From the NCBI GenBank assembly GCA_947307265.1, contig CAMZIP010000001.1, positions 1 through 55,837 of the forward strand: a stretch of 55,837 nucleotides of DNA. Reading direction: 5' to 3'. The stretch comes from an uncultured Bacteroidales bacterium. GTDB lineage: Bacteria > Bacteroidota > Bacteroidia > Bacteroidales > UBA932. Below the pieces are notes generated by a model. That model worked only from the letters and a program-made list of their open reading frames with translations. It was not told where the DNA came from and ran no database searches. Position 1 is the stretch's first letter; the number at the start of each line of letters is the position of its first letter. Below, one piece after another: positions 9,537 through 18,416 of the stretch. Both the position numbers and the translations under genes were made by a program.

Positions 9537-12032
9537 TTACAGCTGGAAATCGACTACCGTAATGCCCGCGCCGCCCATTTCAAGGGCCTCGTCGCGGACT
9601 GAAGCCACGCCCGGAACGGTGCGAAGATATTTGCGAATCTCTTCGCGAAGAGCGCCCGTGCCCTTGCCGTGAAGTATCTTGACCTGTCCCATACCGAGCA
9701 TCAGGGCATCGTCGATGAAGCGGACCACGATTTCCATTGCATCTGCAAGCCTCTCTCCGCGAATGTCGATCGAGGGAGAGAATTCCAGACGGCGGCGGGA
9801 GAGCGAGGTGTTGTCGAAACTCTGCCTTGCCGGACGGCTTGCGCGCGTTTCTTCGCGGTAGCGGTTTTCACTTACCCGCTCCACTTTAGCCGGGACGACG
9901 CGGCTTATGACGCTTCCGACCGATACTGAAATGGTCTTGGCTGAAATGCGAACCACCTCGCCTACGAATCCGCTGTCCTTCAGAAGCACCTTGTCGCCGA
10001 CCTGCAACGGACGGTTATCAACTTCGGGAGCGGCCTTCTTGGGCTTGTCGGAAGGCTTTTCCTCTCCGCGACGGCGGCGACGTTCCGCCTCACGCTCCTT
10101 GCGGGCGACTATGCGGGCCATCTTCTCCTCTATTTTGCGGTCTGATTCGGTAGTATCGACATTTTCCACCTTTTCGCGGAATTCCTTCAGGTCGCGGCGG
10201 ATCTCGCGCGTCTTTTCTTTCTCCGCCTGAGCCTCGCGAATGTCGCGTATGGTCTGCTCTACCCGCTTGTTGGCCTCATTCAGAATCTGCGAAGCCTCGC
10301 GGCGGGCACCGTCGAGTATCTCCTTCTTGAGAGCCTTGATCTCGCTCAGTTCTTTCTCGTAGCGGTCCGTCAGGTTCTCCAGCGTACGGTCAGTGGCCTT
10401 GATATGGGCCAGTTTCTCGTCGAGGGCCTTGCGGTTGCGGGCAATCTTGCGCAGGTTGCGTTCGATATTGACGAAATCCTTGCCGGCACGTTCTTCAGCT
10501 GAACGGACAACATCTTCGGGCAGGCCGATCTGCCGCGCCAGTTCGAATGCAAACGAATTGCCGGGCAGTCCCTGTTCGAGCTTGAACATCGGGCGGATAT
10601 TGGCAGCATCAAACAGCATCGCACCGTTGGCAACACCGGTATTCCCGGAGGCGTACATCTTGAGGTTGGTATAGTGCGTCGTGATTACGCCGTAAACCTT
10701 CATTCGGTCCAGTTCGGCCAGGACAGCTTCGGCTATCGCACCGCCGGCGGCAGGCTCCGTACCGCTTCCGAATTCGTCAATCAGCACCAGCGAATGCTCC
10801 GTCACGCCCTCGAGCATATCCTTGAGGTTGGACAGATGCGAACTGTACGTGCTGAGATCGTTCTCGATGGACTGGTTATCGCCTATATCGATGAAAATGC
10901 GGTCGAACACCAGCATTTCGGATATTTCGGAAGTGGGTATCAGCAGGCCCCACTGAAACATATACTGCAGCAGGCCTACCGTCTTGAGGCATACGGACTT
11001 ACCACCGGCATTGGGGCCGGAAATGAGCAGTATGCGCTTGTTGCGGTTGAGAGTCAGCGACAGGGGCACTATCTCCTTGTGTTCGCGGCGCAGGGAGGCC
11101 TCCAGAAGCGGATGGCGTGCTTTGCGGAGGATCAGTTCGCCGGTGGTCGAGAGAATCGGCATTCCGGCAATCATTTCTACGCCTGTAACTGCCTTTGCGT
11201 GAATGAAATCCAGTTCGCCAAGGAAGTCGGAAGCAGCAATCAGTTCCGGCAGGTAAGGGCGCAGGAATTCGCTGAATTCAAACAGTATGCGCTGTATTTC
11301 ACGCTGCTCTTCGAATTGCAGTTCGCGTATCTGGTTTTCGAGCTCGATGACCTCCAGAGGCTCTACGAAAGCCGTTTTGCCGCTGGAAGATTCGTCATAT
11401 ACAAGTCCGGGAATCTTTTTCTTGTTGGCGACCGGGACGGGAATGAGCATTCGGCCGTCGCGTACCGAAGCGGCCGCCTCGTCATCGATTATGCCTTCGG
11501 CGCGGGCGCTGCGAAGAATGCTATCGATGCGTTTTGCTATCACTCCGTCTTTTTCGCGGAGCGAACGGCGAATCGACTGCAGGGCCGGGGATGCGGAGTC
11601 GCGGACTTCATTGTCCCGACCGAGAATCAGAGAAATGCGGCGCGTAACCTCCGGATAATAGACGATACCTTCAGCCAGAGCCCTCAACGACGGATACAGG
11701 TCATCTTTGCATTTATCGAAAAATCCGAGAACCAGCCTCAGCGTATCCATTGCCGTGCGCAGGCGCACCAGCGAAGGCAGGTCGATCCAGGTAGAAGGGG
11801 CTTCGAGAGGCTTAAGGAACGGCCTTGCATCTACGTAACCGGCCGTCGGGAACGAATCCTCGAACAGGCAGATGAGACGCATTTCATCCACAGGACGCAG
11901 GCGGGAAAGGATTTCTTCGGCATCGGTAGCCATAACCTCCCCGTCCACGCGCTTTCGCGCATAGTCCGTGGCGCAGCGTTCCCTCACCGAAAGGCGGATG
12001 CGATCAAATCCGATTTTACGTTCGAGGTCCAC
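9537..12032 (-). CDS. mutS2: Endonuclease MutS2 (MutS ATPase core plus C-terminal Smr domain)
   Basis: 831 aa. It has a Walker A site (LLISGPNAGGKSVCLKTVGLL), a lysine/glutamate-rich coiled-coil linker, and a C-terminal Smr domain (IDIRGERLADAMEIVVRFIDDALMLGMGQVKILHGKGTGALR). The only in-frame start after the upstream TGA is the GTG at 12032-12030. Confidence 0.93.
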   Translation of the reverse strand: MDLERKIGFDRIRLSVRERCATDYARKRVDGEVMATDAEEILSRLRPVDEMRLICLFEDSFPTAGYVDARPFLKPLEAPSTWIDLPSLVRLRTAMDTLRLVLGFFDKCKDDLYPSLRALAEGIVYYPEVTRRISLILGRDNEVRDSASPALQSIRRSLREKDGVIAKRIDSILRSARAEGIIDDEAAASVRDGRMLIPVPVANKKKIPGLVYDESSSGKTAFVEPLEVIELENQIRELQFEEQREIQRILFEFSEFLRPYLPELIAASDFLGELDFIHAKAVTGVEMIAGMPILSTTGELILRKARHPLLEASLRREHKEIVPLSLTLNRNKRILLISGPNAGGKSVCLKTVGLLQYMFQWGLLIPTSEISEMLVFDRIFIDIGDNQSIENDLSTYSSHLSNLKDMLEGVTEHSLVLIDEFGSGTEPAAGGAIAEAVLAELDRMKVYGVITTHYTNLKMYASGNTGVANGAMLFDAANIRPMFKLEQGLPGNSFAFELARQIGLPEDVVRSAEERAGKDFVNIERNLRKIARNRKALDEKLAHIKATDRTLENLTDRYEKELSEIKALKKEILDGARREASQILNEANKRVEQTIRDIREAQAEKEKTREIRRDLKEFREKVENVDTTESDRKIEEKMARIVARKEREAERRRRRGEEKPSDKPKKAAPEVDNRPLQVGDKVLLKDSGFVGEVVRISAKTISVSVGSVISRVVPAKVERVSENRYREETRASRPARQSFDNTSLSRRRLEFSPSIDIRGERLADAMEIVVRFIDDALMLGMGQVKILHGKGTGALREEIRKYLRTVPGVASVRDEALEMGGAGITVVDFQL

Positions 12033-12814
12033 TACTTGTATGAATCTTCAATTGCCCTGCGCAACTCGGTGATACTCGATATGGTCTTGTAGCGGCCGTT
12101 ATCTGCTATCCATATCTCTCCGGTCTCCTCGGAAACGACCACCACGAAGGCGTCGGAAACCTCCGAAATACCCAGCGCGGCCTTGTGACGCATACCGTAA
12201 TGCGCAGGCAGGTTGGGGTTGTCGGACATCGGAAGGGTGCAGCGCGCAGCGATTATCCTTGACTGTGACATTATCACCGCGCCGTCGTGCAGCGGTGCAT
12301 TCTTGAAAAATATACTCTCTATCATACGGCGGCTGATGACTGCATCCACCTCGTCGCCGGTCTCGATATAGTCCGTAAGCGTATTTTCGTGCGTCAGCAC
12401 TATCAGGGCGCCGGTCTTCTTCTCTGACATCAGTTTGCAGGCGGCGGTAATCTCCTCCAGGGCGGCGAAACTGATGGCGTCCTTATGCCCCGTGCGCAAT
12501 ATGCGGCCGAGGAAACTATGCTTCAGGACAGGTGTTATGCGGTTACCGATATTGAGCAGGAAGCGTCGTACGTCCTGCTGGAAAATGATCAGTATGACTA
12601 TCACCCCTCCTCCGAGCACCTGCCCCAGGACAAATGATATAAGTCTCATATCCAGCGCCTTGAATATAATCCACGCGATATAGAGAGCCAGTATCACGAG
12701 GAAAATGTTGAGCGCCGAAGTGCCCCTCAACGCACGGAAGAGCCCGTAGATAAGCAAACCTACGAGCAGGACGTCCAGGACATCTACGAATCTTATTTCC
12801 AGCAAATCGAGCAT
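12032..12814 (-). CDS. cdaA: Diadenylate cyclase CdaA (c-di-AMP synthase, DisA_N domain, N-terminal TM helices)
   Basis: ORF 12032..13240 trimmed to the ATG at 12814 (MLDLLEIRFVDVLDVLLVGLLIYGLFRALRGTSALN). It has three hydrophobic helices followed by TGALIVL...APLHDGAVIM...RCTLP...HYGMRHKAALGISEVSDAFVVVVSEETG. The upstream 142 codons of the ORF have no supporting features and overlap the comF promoter and gene. Confidence 0.9.
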   Translation of the reverse strand: MLDLLEIRFVDVLDVLLVGLLIYGLFRALRGTSALNIFLVILALYIAWIIFKALDMRLISFVLGQVLGGGVIVILIIFQQDVRRFLLNIGNRITPVLKHSFLGRILRTGHKDAISFAALEEITAACKLMSEKKTGALIVLTHENTLTDYIETGDEVDAVISRRMIESIFFKNAPLHDGAVIMSQSRIIAARCTLPMSDNPNLPAHYGMRHKAALGISEVSDAFVVVVSEETGEIWIADNGRYKTISSITELRRAIEDSYK

Positions 12815-12862
12815 ACGGTGCAAAAGTAAGAAAGTGTTTTGAATTTTGCTATTTTTGTCCGT

Positions 12863-13576
12863 ATGAAATGTGGGGTTGGTCCCGCTTGGAACGCACTGTC
12901 CGATCTTCTGTTCCCCAGAGAGTGCGTCGTATGCGGCGGGAAATTGGATGTAGGGGAAGATTCTATCTGCGGCACCTGTCTGTGCGACGTGCCTTATACC
13001 AGATTCTGGGACTGGGATGAAAATCCTGCCGAAAGGCGGATTTGGAAGTATGCCGGCATCGTCAGCGCGGCTTCGCTGTTCTTTTATCGGTACGAAGGAG
13101 GCTATGCTTCGCTCGTGCATCAGGTCAAATACGGAGGCAGGCCGGATCTCGGACACCGTCTCGGATTCAGTCTGGGACGGAAAATGGCTGATTCGGGGCG
13201 TTTCGGCTACGTGCAAGCCGTGGTACCGGTGCCCCTTCATCCGCTGCGGCGGCTCAGGCGCGGTTACAACCAGGCCGAAAAGATTGCCGACGGCATCGCG
13301 GAAGGTCTCGGAGGTCTGCCCGTAGTCACCGGTCTGCTGCAGCGCAACCGCATCACGCGCACGCAGACGCAGCTCTCCGGAGAAGAAAAGCGGCGCAACG
13401 TTTCAGGGGCGTTCGAAGCAAATCTTGAGAGCGCACGGCAACTGGCGGCAAGCGGCATCCGCAACATTCTGGTAGCGGATGACGTGCTGACCTCCGGAGC
13501 CACCATAAGCGCGGCGGTCCATCCGCTGATGGAAGCATTCCGCATCAGCGTGGCTACGATAGGATTTGTAGAATAG
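12863..13576 (+). CDS. ComF-family protein (phosphoribosyltransferase-like with an N-terminal Cys4 zinc finger)
   Basis: ORF 12839 (TTG) trimmed to the ATG at 12863. It contains FPRECVVCGGKL...ICGTCL, then LHPLRRLRRGYNQAE, and the PRTase motif ILVADDVLTSGATI. Confidence 0.85.
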   Translation: MKCGVGPAWNALSDLLFPRECVVCGGKLDVGEDSICGTCLCDVPYTRFWDWDENPAERRIWKYAGIVSAASLFFYRYEGGYASLVHQVKYGGRPDLGHRLGFSLGRKMADSGRFGYVQAVVPVPLHPLRRLRRGYNQAEKIADGIAEGLGGLPVVTGLLQRNRITRTQTQLSGEEKRRNVSGAFEANLESARQLAASGIRNILVADDVLTSGATISAAVHPLMEAFRISVATIGFVE

Positions 13577-13578
13577 GA

Positions 13579-14205
13579 TTAAAGCGCAGGCTGCGTAACC
13601 GTAAATGCTGCCTTGACCGAAGCATACTCCGTCAGCGCGCAGGTAACGGTCAGTTCGCGCTGTGCGCCGGTATCGTTGCGCGGCAGCGAAATGGCGAGGA
13701 TGGTCGTGGCATCAGCGGCTGCGGGGCTTACCTCGGCCTGGGAAATGCTCTTGGACAGAACTTTCCACGGACGGGAAGATTCCAGACGGACACGGATTCC
13801 GCCGCCCTCTGCGGGAATGGTGCCGGTTGTTTCGGCAAATCCGATCCACGGCTTCGATGCGAGCGTAACCCAATGCTTGCCGTTGGACTTGGAGCTGGAG
13901 CCTTCCTCCTGAGCCACGAACGAGATACGGATGGTCTGCGTGGTGGCTGAAGTGCTCTCGGGCACGGTAATGACCACCGGCTCAATGCCGGACATAAAAC
14001 CGGATGCAGGCTCGACGGTAACTCCTTCGACATCGCAGGATGCAGTCCAGAAAGTATTCGAACTGACATACACCGTAGTCTGGCCGCCCTTGTAGTCCAT
14101 CTGTGAACTTGCGGGCTGAATCTTGATGGTAGGCGTAACCGTTGTGGTGCAGGCTGAAAGCAGCAGCACGAGTGCAGAGAGGATTATGTGACTGTGTCTG
14201 ATCAT
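13579..14205 (-). CDS. Lipoprotein with two BACON-like domains
   Basis: Opens MIRHSHIILSALVLLLSACTTT (lipobox). Two Ig-like segments carry SSNTFWTASCDVEGVTVEPASG and SSRPWKVLSKS...VSPAAADATTILAISLPRNDTGAQRELTVTC. Confidence 0.7.
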   Translation of the reverse strand: MIRHSHIILSALVLLLSACTTTVTPTIKIQPASSQMDYKGGQTTVYVSSNTFWTASCDVEGVTVEPASGFMSGIEPVVITVPESTSATTQTIRISFVAQEEGSSSKSNGKHWVTLASKPWIGFAETTGTIPAEGGGIRVRLESSRPWKVLSKSISQAEVSPAAADATTILAISLPRNDTGAQRELTVTCALTEYASVKAAFTVTQPAL

Positions 14206-14209
14206 ACTG

Positions 14210-14217
14210 CAAAAGTA
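14210..14217 (-). promoter_or_regulatory. -7 box TACTTTTG, 4 nt from the ATG at 14205
   Basis: Plus-strand caaaagta is TACTTTTG on the minus strand. Confidence 0.4.
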
Positions 14218-14229
14218 CTGTTTTTTTTC

Positions 14230-14237
14230 TAACTTTG
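14230..14237 (+). promoter_or_regulatory. -7 box TAACTTTG for the gene at 14256
   Basis: TAACTTTG lies 18 nt upstream of the ATG at 14256. It is divergent from the box at 14210-14217. Confidence 0.4.
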
Positions 14238-14255
14238 AAGCCGCAAAGGATTTTT

Positions 14256-14627
14256 ATGAAGAAACGGATTATTCTCCCTGTAGCCGCAGCAGGCCTGATA
14301 CTTACGGTGATGCAGTTTACCGGATGCGAGCACTATGTCCTTCCGGAACTCACCCTCAGTCCTGATACGCTGTACTTCAATGCGCAGGCCGACAGCCAAC
14401 TGGTTTCGGTCAATACCAATGTCATCTGGTACAGGGAAGACGATGCGACCAGCGAAGACTGGTTCTCGTTCAGCCCCTCTGACGGCGAAGGCAGCGACGT
14501 GATGACCGTCCGCGTCAAGGCCAACTCGGGCAGCGACCGCAAAGCCGGTATAGTTTTCCGTTCGGAGACAATCTCCCGCACCCTCCATATCTTCCAGGAG
14601 GGTGAAGGTTTTTCTACAGACGATTAG
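14256..14627 (+). CDS. Small lipoprotein with a single BACON-like domain
   Basis: ORF 14235 (TTG) trimmed to the ATG at 14256 (MKKRIILPVAAAGLILTVMQFTGCEH). It then reads LSPDTLYFNAQADSQLVSVNTNVIWY...EDWFSFSPSDGEGSDVMTVRVKANSGSDRKAGIVF. Confidence 0.7.
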   Translation: MKKRIILPVAAAGLILTVMQFTGCEHYVLPELTLSPDTLYFNAQADSQLVSVNTNVIWYREDDATSEDWFSFSPSDGEGSDVMTVRVKANSGSDRKAGIVFRSETISRTLHIFQEGEGFSTDD

Positions 14628-14636
14628 CAGCAGTTT

Positions 14637-16301
14637 TTAGTGCTCCTTGATAACCTCGCCGTGTTCCTTGACAATGGCGCGGAGCCAGTGTTCGGGGAAT
14701 GCAGGGTGCATCGGGTTCTTGGGAATACGCCTGCCCGCACCGTTGTCCAGGAATGAACCGTCCTCTGCCTGGTGCTTGACGTTGCCGTCCATATACTTGA
14801 CCAGCAGATAATTGTTGAGTTCGTTCCATTCGTTGCAGAGCAACTTCGTACGGCCGGAGCACCATTCCGTCATTGCATCGAAAGCATAGGATGCGTTGCC
14901 GTTGTCGATCATACGGACCAGCTTTTCGTCCTGTTCCTTCAGCAGACGCAGGTTATCGGCCTCATAACGGTCGATATGCGTACGGATTTCCGGCGCAACG
15001 CGGTCGTAGAGCAGATATGCAAAGTGCGCGACGCGGTTGAACAGCCAGAAAGCGGAAGTCGGACTGTAGGTCATCATATCGCCGTTGCCTTCGGCAAAAC
15101 ATTCCGGAACGGCGGTTACGCTTGCATAGATAGGCGTAAGAGCCGAGGTTGCGGCATCATCCACGCCGAACCAGGTAACGGCACCTACCTCATCCGGCAG
15201 CCAGCCGCGGGCCTGCGCCACGAACCAGAAACCGGTCTGCTGCGTAGCGATCGAACGCTCGAAAACATAACGCTCGCCATCCACCGACCAGCGCATCGGG
15301 CGCCAGCGGTACGGGAGATGGTGCGGACCTGCGCCGAGATCATTCGAGAAATCGAGTGCCGTGCCCTCGAAATGGTCGCGCATAACGTTTGCCACGTCCA
15401 GGACGGAGATTTTTTCATCCGGCTTGACGTAGAGGGGCATCTTGTTGGTCTTATTGTGTCCCATCGCGAAATCGAGATACTTATCGGCATCGAATCCGCT
15501 GCCTGCCAGCAGGTTGAAAGCAGACCAGACGCGGGCCTCGCAGGCGCGCAGGCCGCCGAAATCAGCCGGACAATATGTATCGCAGAAACTGAATTCCTCA
15601 TCCTTGCCGTCGAAATAGCCGGCCTTGCGTGCGAAAGAAATCACGTCCTTGGAATAGAGGCAGTTCTCAGGATCATTCAAAGGGAAAGTATGAATACGGC
15701 TCTGGTTTGCGTGAGCGCAGATATAACCGTCGGGGATGCGGATAGCCACCCAAACGGCACCCTTCTCTATCGTACCCTTGCCTATCACCTCCATAATCCA
15801 GCATTCTTCGGTATCGGCAATGGAGAAAGACTCGCCTTCGCTCGGATAGCCGTACTTCTGGAGCAGCGCATCCATCGTGCGGATGGCCTCGCGTGCAGTG
15901 CGCGCACGCTGCAGGGTGATATAGATCAGCGAACCGTAGTCCATCACGCCGGAGGGATCGACCAACTCTTCACGGCCGCCGAAGGTGGTCTCGCCGATAA
16001 TCAGCTGATGCTCGTTGATATTGCCGACAGTCTGCCAGGTATGAGGCACCTGTGCAATTTCGCCGCGATAAGTACCGCCGTCCCAGTCATAGATGGAAAG
16101 CATCGAACCGGGCGCCCAGTCGCGCGAAGGATGGAAATAGAGCTCGCCGTAGAGCACGTGCGAGTCAGCGGCATAACTGATCATACAGGAACCGTCCACG
16201 GACGCTCCCTTGGTGACGATAATGTTGGTGCAGGCTTCGGTGCGGGGCATAGCTGCTGCCATAAGGAGCAGGCACAGCGCGATTCGGGTAAAATGCTTCA
16301 T
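14637..16301 (-). CDS. Peptidase family C69 dipeptidase (secreted)
   Basis: ORF 14637..16364 trimmed to the ATG at 16301 (MKHFTRIALCLLLMAAAMPRTEA). This is immediately followed by the catalytic-Cys N-terminus CTNIIVTKGASVDGSCMISYAADSH that is typical of C69 enzymes. Confidence 0.85.
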   Translation of the reverse strand: MKHFTRIALCLLLMAAAMPRTEACTNIIVTKGASVDGSCMISYAADSHVLYGELYFHPSRDWAPGSMLSIYDWDGGTYRGEIAQVPHTWQTVGNINEHQLIIGETTFGGREELVDPSGVMDYGSLIYITLQRARTAREAIRTMDALLQKYGYPSEGESFSIADTEECWIMEVIGKGTIEKGAVWVAIRIPDGYICAHANQSRIHTFPLNDPENCLYSKDVISFARKAGYFDGKDEEFSFCDTYCPADFGGLRACEARVWSAFNLLAGSGFDADKYLDFAMGHNKTNKMPLYVKPDEKISVLDVANVMRDHFEGTALDFSNDLGAGPHHLPYRWRPMRWSVDGERYVFERSIATQQTGFWFVAQARGWLPDEVGAVTWFGVDDAATSALTPIYASVTAVPECFAEGNGDMMTYSPTSAFWLFNRVAHFAYLLYDRVAPEIRTHIDRYEADNLRLLKEQDEKLVRMIDNGNASYAFDAMTEWCSGRTKLLCNEWNELNNYLLVKYMDGNVKHQAEDGSFLDNGAGRRIPKNPMHPAFPEHWLRAIVKEHGEVIKEH

Positions 16302-16343
16302 AAGACCGTATTTGTTTGGAAGTACGAAGATAGCAAAAATCGC

Positions 16344-16351
16344 TATCTTTG
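16344..16351 (+). promoter_or_regulatory. -7 box TATCTTTG for the gene at 16374
   Basis: TATCTTTG lies 22 nt upstream of the ATG at 16374. Confidence 0.45.
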
Positions 16352-16373
16352 CAATGCAACACAATCAAACGCA

Positions 16374-16790
16374 ATGATGAAAATACGCCTCAACTGCCTC
16401 GCAACCATACTTTTGCTGACCGTTTCGGCCTTCAGGCTCGGTGCGCAGAACAATCCTGGCGAAACGCAGACTCCTGCCGAAATGGCTGCCACGGTGGCGG
16501 AATATCTGATCAATTACCTGGATCTCGACGATCGCCAGGCATTCCAGATAGAGGTTAAACTGCAGGAGGTTTATCCGCAGATGATCGAGGAAATCGAGGC
16601 TGTACGGCGTTCGGGCGCCAATTCTGCCGAATCGTACGATAAGGTTTACGATAAATGGTATGCGCAGCTGGACTCGACCTACCAGCAGGTGTTTACCGAC
16701 AAGCAGTGGGCCCGCTACCTCAAATCGCCCTACGGACGCGAAAAGAAAGCGCGTGACAAACGCATCCGCAAGCGCAGCGGAGTGCAATAA
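16374..16790 (+). CDS. Small secreted (periplasmic) protein, possibly Spy/CpxP-like
   Basis: This is the in-frame tail of the spurious 672-aa ORF 14772..16790. The ATG ATG at 16374 starts a signal peptide (MMKIRLNCLATILLLTVSAFRLGAQ). The mature part is helical and charged, with two LTxxQ-like motifs (LDDRQ, FTDKQ) and a basic tail. Confidence 0.6.
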   Translation: MMKIRLNCLATILLLTVSAFRLGAQNNPGETQTPAEMAATVAEYLINYLDLDDRQAFQIEVKLQEVYPQMIEEIEAVRRSGANSAESYDKVYDKWYAQLDSTYQQVFTDKQWARYLKSPYGREKKARDKRIRKRSGVQ

Positions 16791-16808
16791 AAAGCCTTAA
16801 AATATAGA

Positions 16809-18416
16809 TTACTCGGGTGCGAAAATCGGATCGGGATCTTCGCCGGGTACCGGTACGGGATCCAGTTCGCGGTTTTCAACGGTCCAGACCTTCATCGAGT
16901 TGAACTCTCCCCACGAAAGGAAGAGCGCGACGCGCGTCTGACCGGGCACTGCCAGTTTCTTGGCGGTATGGAATAGCAGCGAATAGGTGCAACTGTAGCG
17001 ATAGCGGCCTGCGCCTGTCTGCTCGTCATACGAGAGGGTTTCGACGGCAAATGCCGGATTCGCCTCGACGGCCACAGTACCGTTTTCGAGCATCATCGCC
17101 CTGAAACCCAGGTCAAGCGAAGCGGCATATTCCTCGAAATCAGCGTAAGGAGCATCGAGAGTCGCCATTTCTTCGGTAACGATAACCGTATAGCGGAATA
17201 TCGAATCGCCGTAGAATCCGTCGGAATGCGGCACTTCGAAATCAGGTTTGCGCTCTGCGGTGCGCTTGAGCGACAGCGTGCTGCCGTCGGTAAGCGTAAG
17301 AGTCACGAAATCAGCATCCACCTCGGCTGATTCGAAGAAATTGAACTGTACCTCGGATTGAGCCTTTATGCGGTTGCCGGATGCATCGAGCATCCAGGTC
17401 CATTCGTCGCTGTTGACGGAACCGACTGTGAAATAGAACACTCCCTCATCCTGCTTTATGCCGACCGTAGGCTGGCGGTCAAGCGGCGAAGCCGGAACGC
17501 GTTCACCGTTCACCAGAAGCCAGGTCGCTTCGGCGCTGTCTCCGTAACGCACGGTCCAGTACAGGTCGCCCGTTTCGCTGTCGGCCGCAATGCCGATATT
17601 GACGCTTGCAGTAACGTCGCGGCCGCTTCGAACGGTGAAAATATTGCCGTTTGCAAGCTGGATGCTGTATCCTACGATTGAACCGTCTTCGATAATCTCA
17701 TTGCATCTCGCTATAAAAACACCGAAATCTGCATCTGTCATTATCGAAGTATATGCGTTGATATTGTCGTTGACTTCGGCGCAGAGGTCAGAAAGTTCCT
17801 CGAATCCCTTCTGCGTCGGAACCGTAACCATAGTGCCGTTGCTGAGCGTAAAGCGCACGTAATAGGGATCAGACAGGTCTATATCGCGGAAGAAGGAAGA
17901 TCCTTCAGTTCCGATTGCCTCGAAAAGCGTAGTCCAGTGGGCGCCGTTGTCATAGGTCACCTGCCAGTAGCCCTCGAAAACGCGGAGCATCGGAACGATG
18001 GTCTCAGCCGTGATCTTGCGGCCGTAACTGTCGAGCAGCCAGGTCGGCTGGCTCGAACCCATCTTGACCGTCCAGCAGTAATAACCAAGGGCAGAGTCGT
18101 AACGGATGCCCATAACGGGAGTATCTCCGTTGGTGCCGTTCTTGAGCGTTATGACGGTACCGCTCTGGAACACAACGACACAGCCGGTAGACGTAGGCTG
18201 GACGCTGCGGATATAGTCGTTGCCCTGAAGGGCTTTTACAAGCGTACTGAGACTGGTAATGCCGTCGTTGATAGCCGAAACCTGCGTCTCGAGGTTGGAA
18301 ACACGGCCCGTGAGCGCAGCGAGTTCGGATTCGACGGATGAAGTGCAGGCTACGGTCATAGTCAGCAGCACTGCCGCGAATGCGCGGCTTATATGCCTGA
18401 AAATCTTACTTGCCAT
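16809..18416 (-). CDS. Coiled-coil surface lipoprotein, paralog 3 of 3 (DUF4988-like N-terminal coiled coil plus repeated YYWTV modules)
   Basis: Has a lipobox (LLTMTVAC), a heptad-like stretch (ELAALTGRVSNLETQVSAINDGITSLSTLVKALQ), then TLKNGTNGDTPVMGI...YYCWTV...WLLD, and later LYWTV...WLL and FYFTV...WML units. Its start overlaps the stop of the upstream paralog by 11 nt. Confidence 0.8.
   Translation of the reverse strand: MASKIFRHISRAFAAVLLTMTVACTSSVESELAALTGRVSNLETQVSAINDGITSLSTLVKALQGNDYIRSVQPTSTGCVVVFQSGTVITLKNGTNGDTPVMGIRYDSALGYYCWTVKMGSSQPTWLLDSYGRKITAETIVPMLRVFEGYWQVTYDNGAHWTTLFEAIGTEGSSFFRDIDLSDPYYVRFTLSNGTMVTVPTQKGFEELSDLCAEVNDNINAYTSIMTDADFGVFIARCNEIIEDGSIVGYSIQLANGNIFTVRSGRDVTASVNIGIAADSETGDLYWTVRYGDSAEATWLLVNGERVPASPLDRQPTVGIKQDEGVFYFTVGSVNSDEWTWMLDASGNRIKAQSEVQFNFFESAEVDADFVTLTLTDGSTLSLKRTAERKPDFEVPHSDGFYGDSIFRYTVIVTEEMATLDAPYADFEEYAASLDLGFRAMMLENGTVAVEANPAFAVETLSYDEQTGAGRYRYSCTYSLLFHTAKKLAVPGQTRVALFLSWGEFNSMKVWTVENRELDPVPVPGEDPDPIFAPE

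Noticed and set aside
10674-12092. 472-aa plus-strand ORF opposite mutS2
   Set aside because: It is a shadow ORF antisense to a clearly identified MutS2 gene, and it has no motifs.
12815-13240. N-terminal 142-codon extension of the cdaA ORF
   Set aside because: CdaA proteins begin with the TM segment found at the ATG at 12814. The extension overlaps the ComF gene on the other strand and has no features.
14772-16790. 672-aa plus-strand ORF covering the C69 dipeptidase locus
   Set aside because: It runs antisense to a gene with strong family motifs. Its translation is low-complexity and Arg/Gly/Ala/His-rich with no recognisable domain, which is typical of a shadow ORF in GC-rich DNA. Only its last 138 codons (16374-16790), which have their own promoter and signal peptide, look real.
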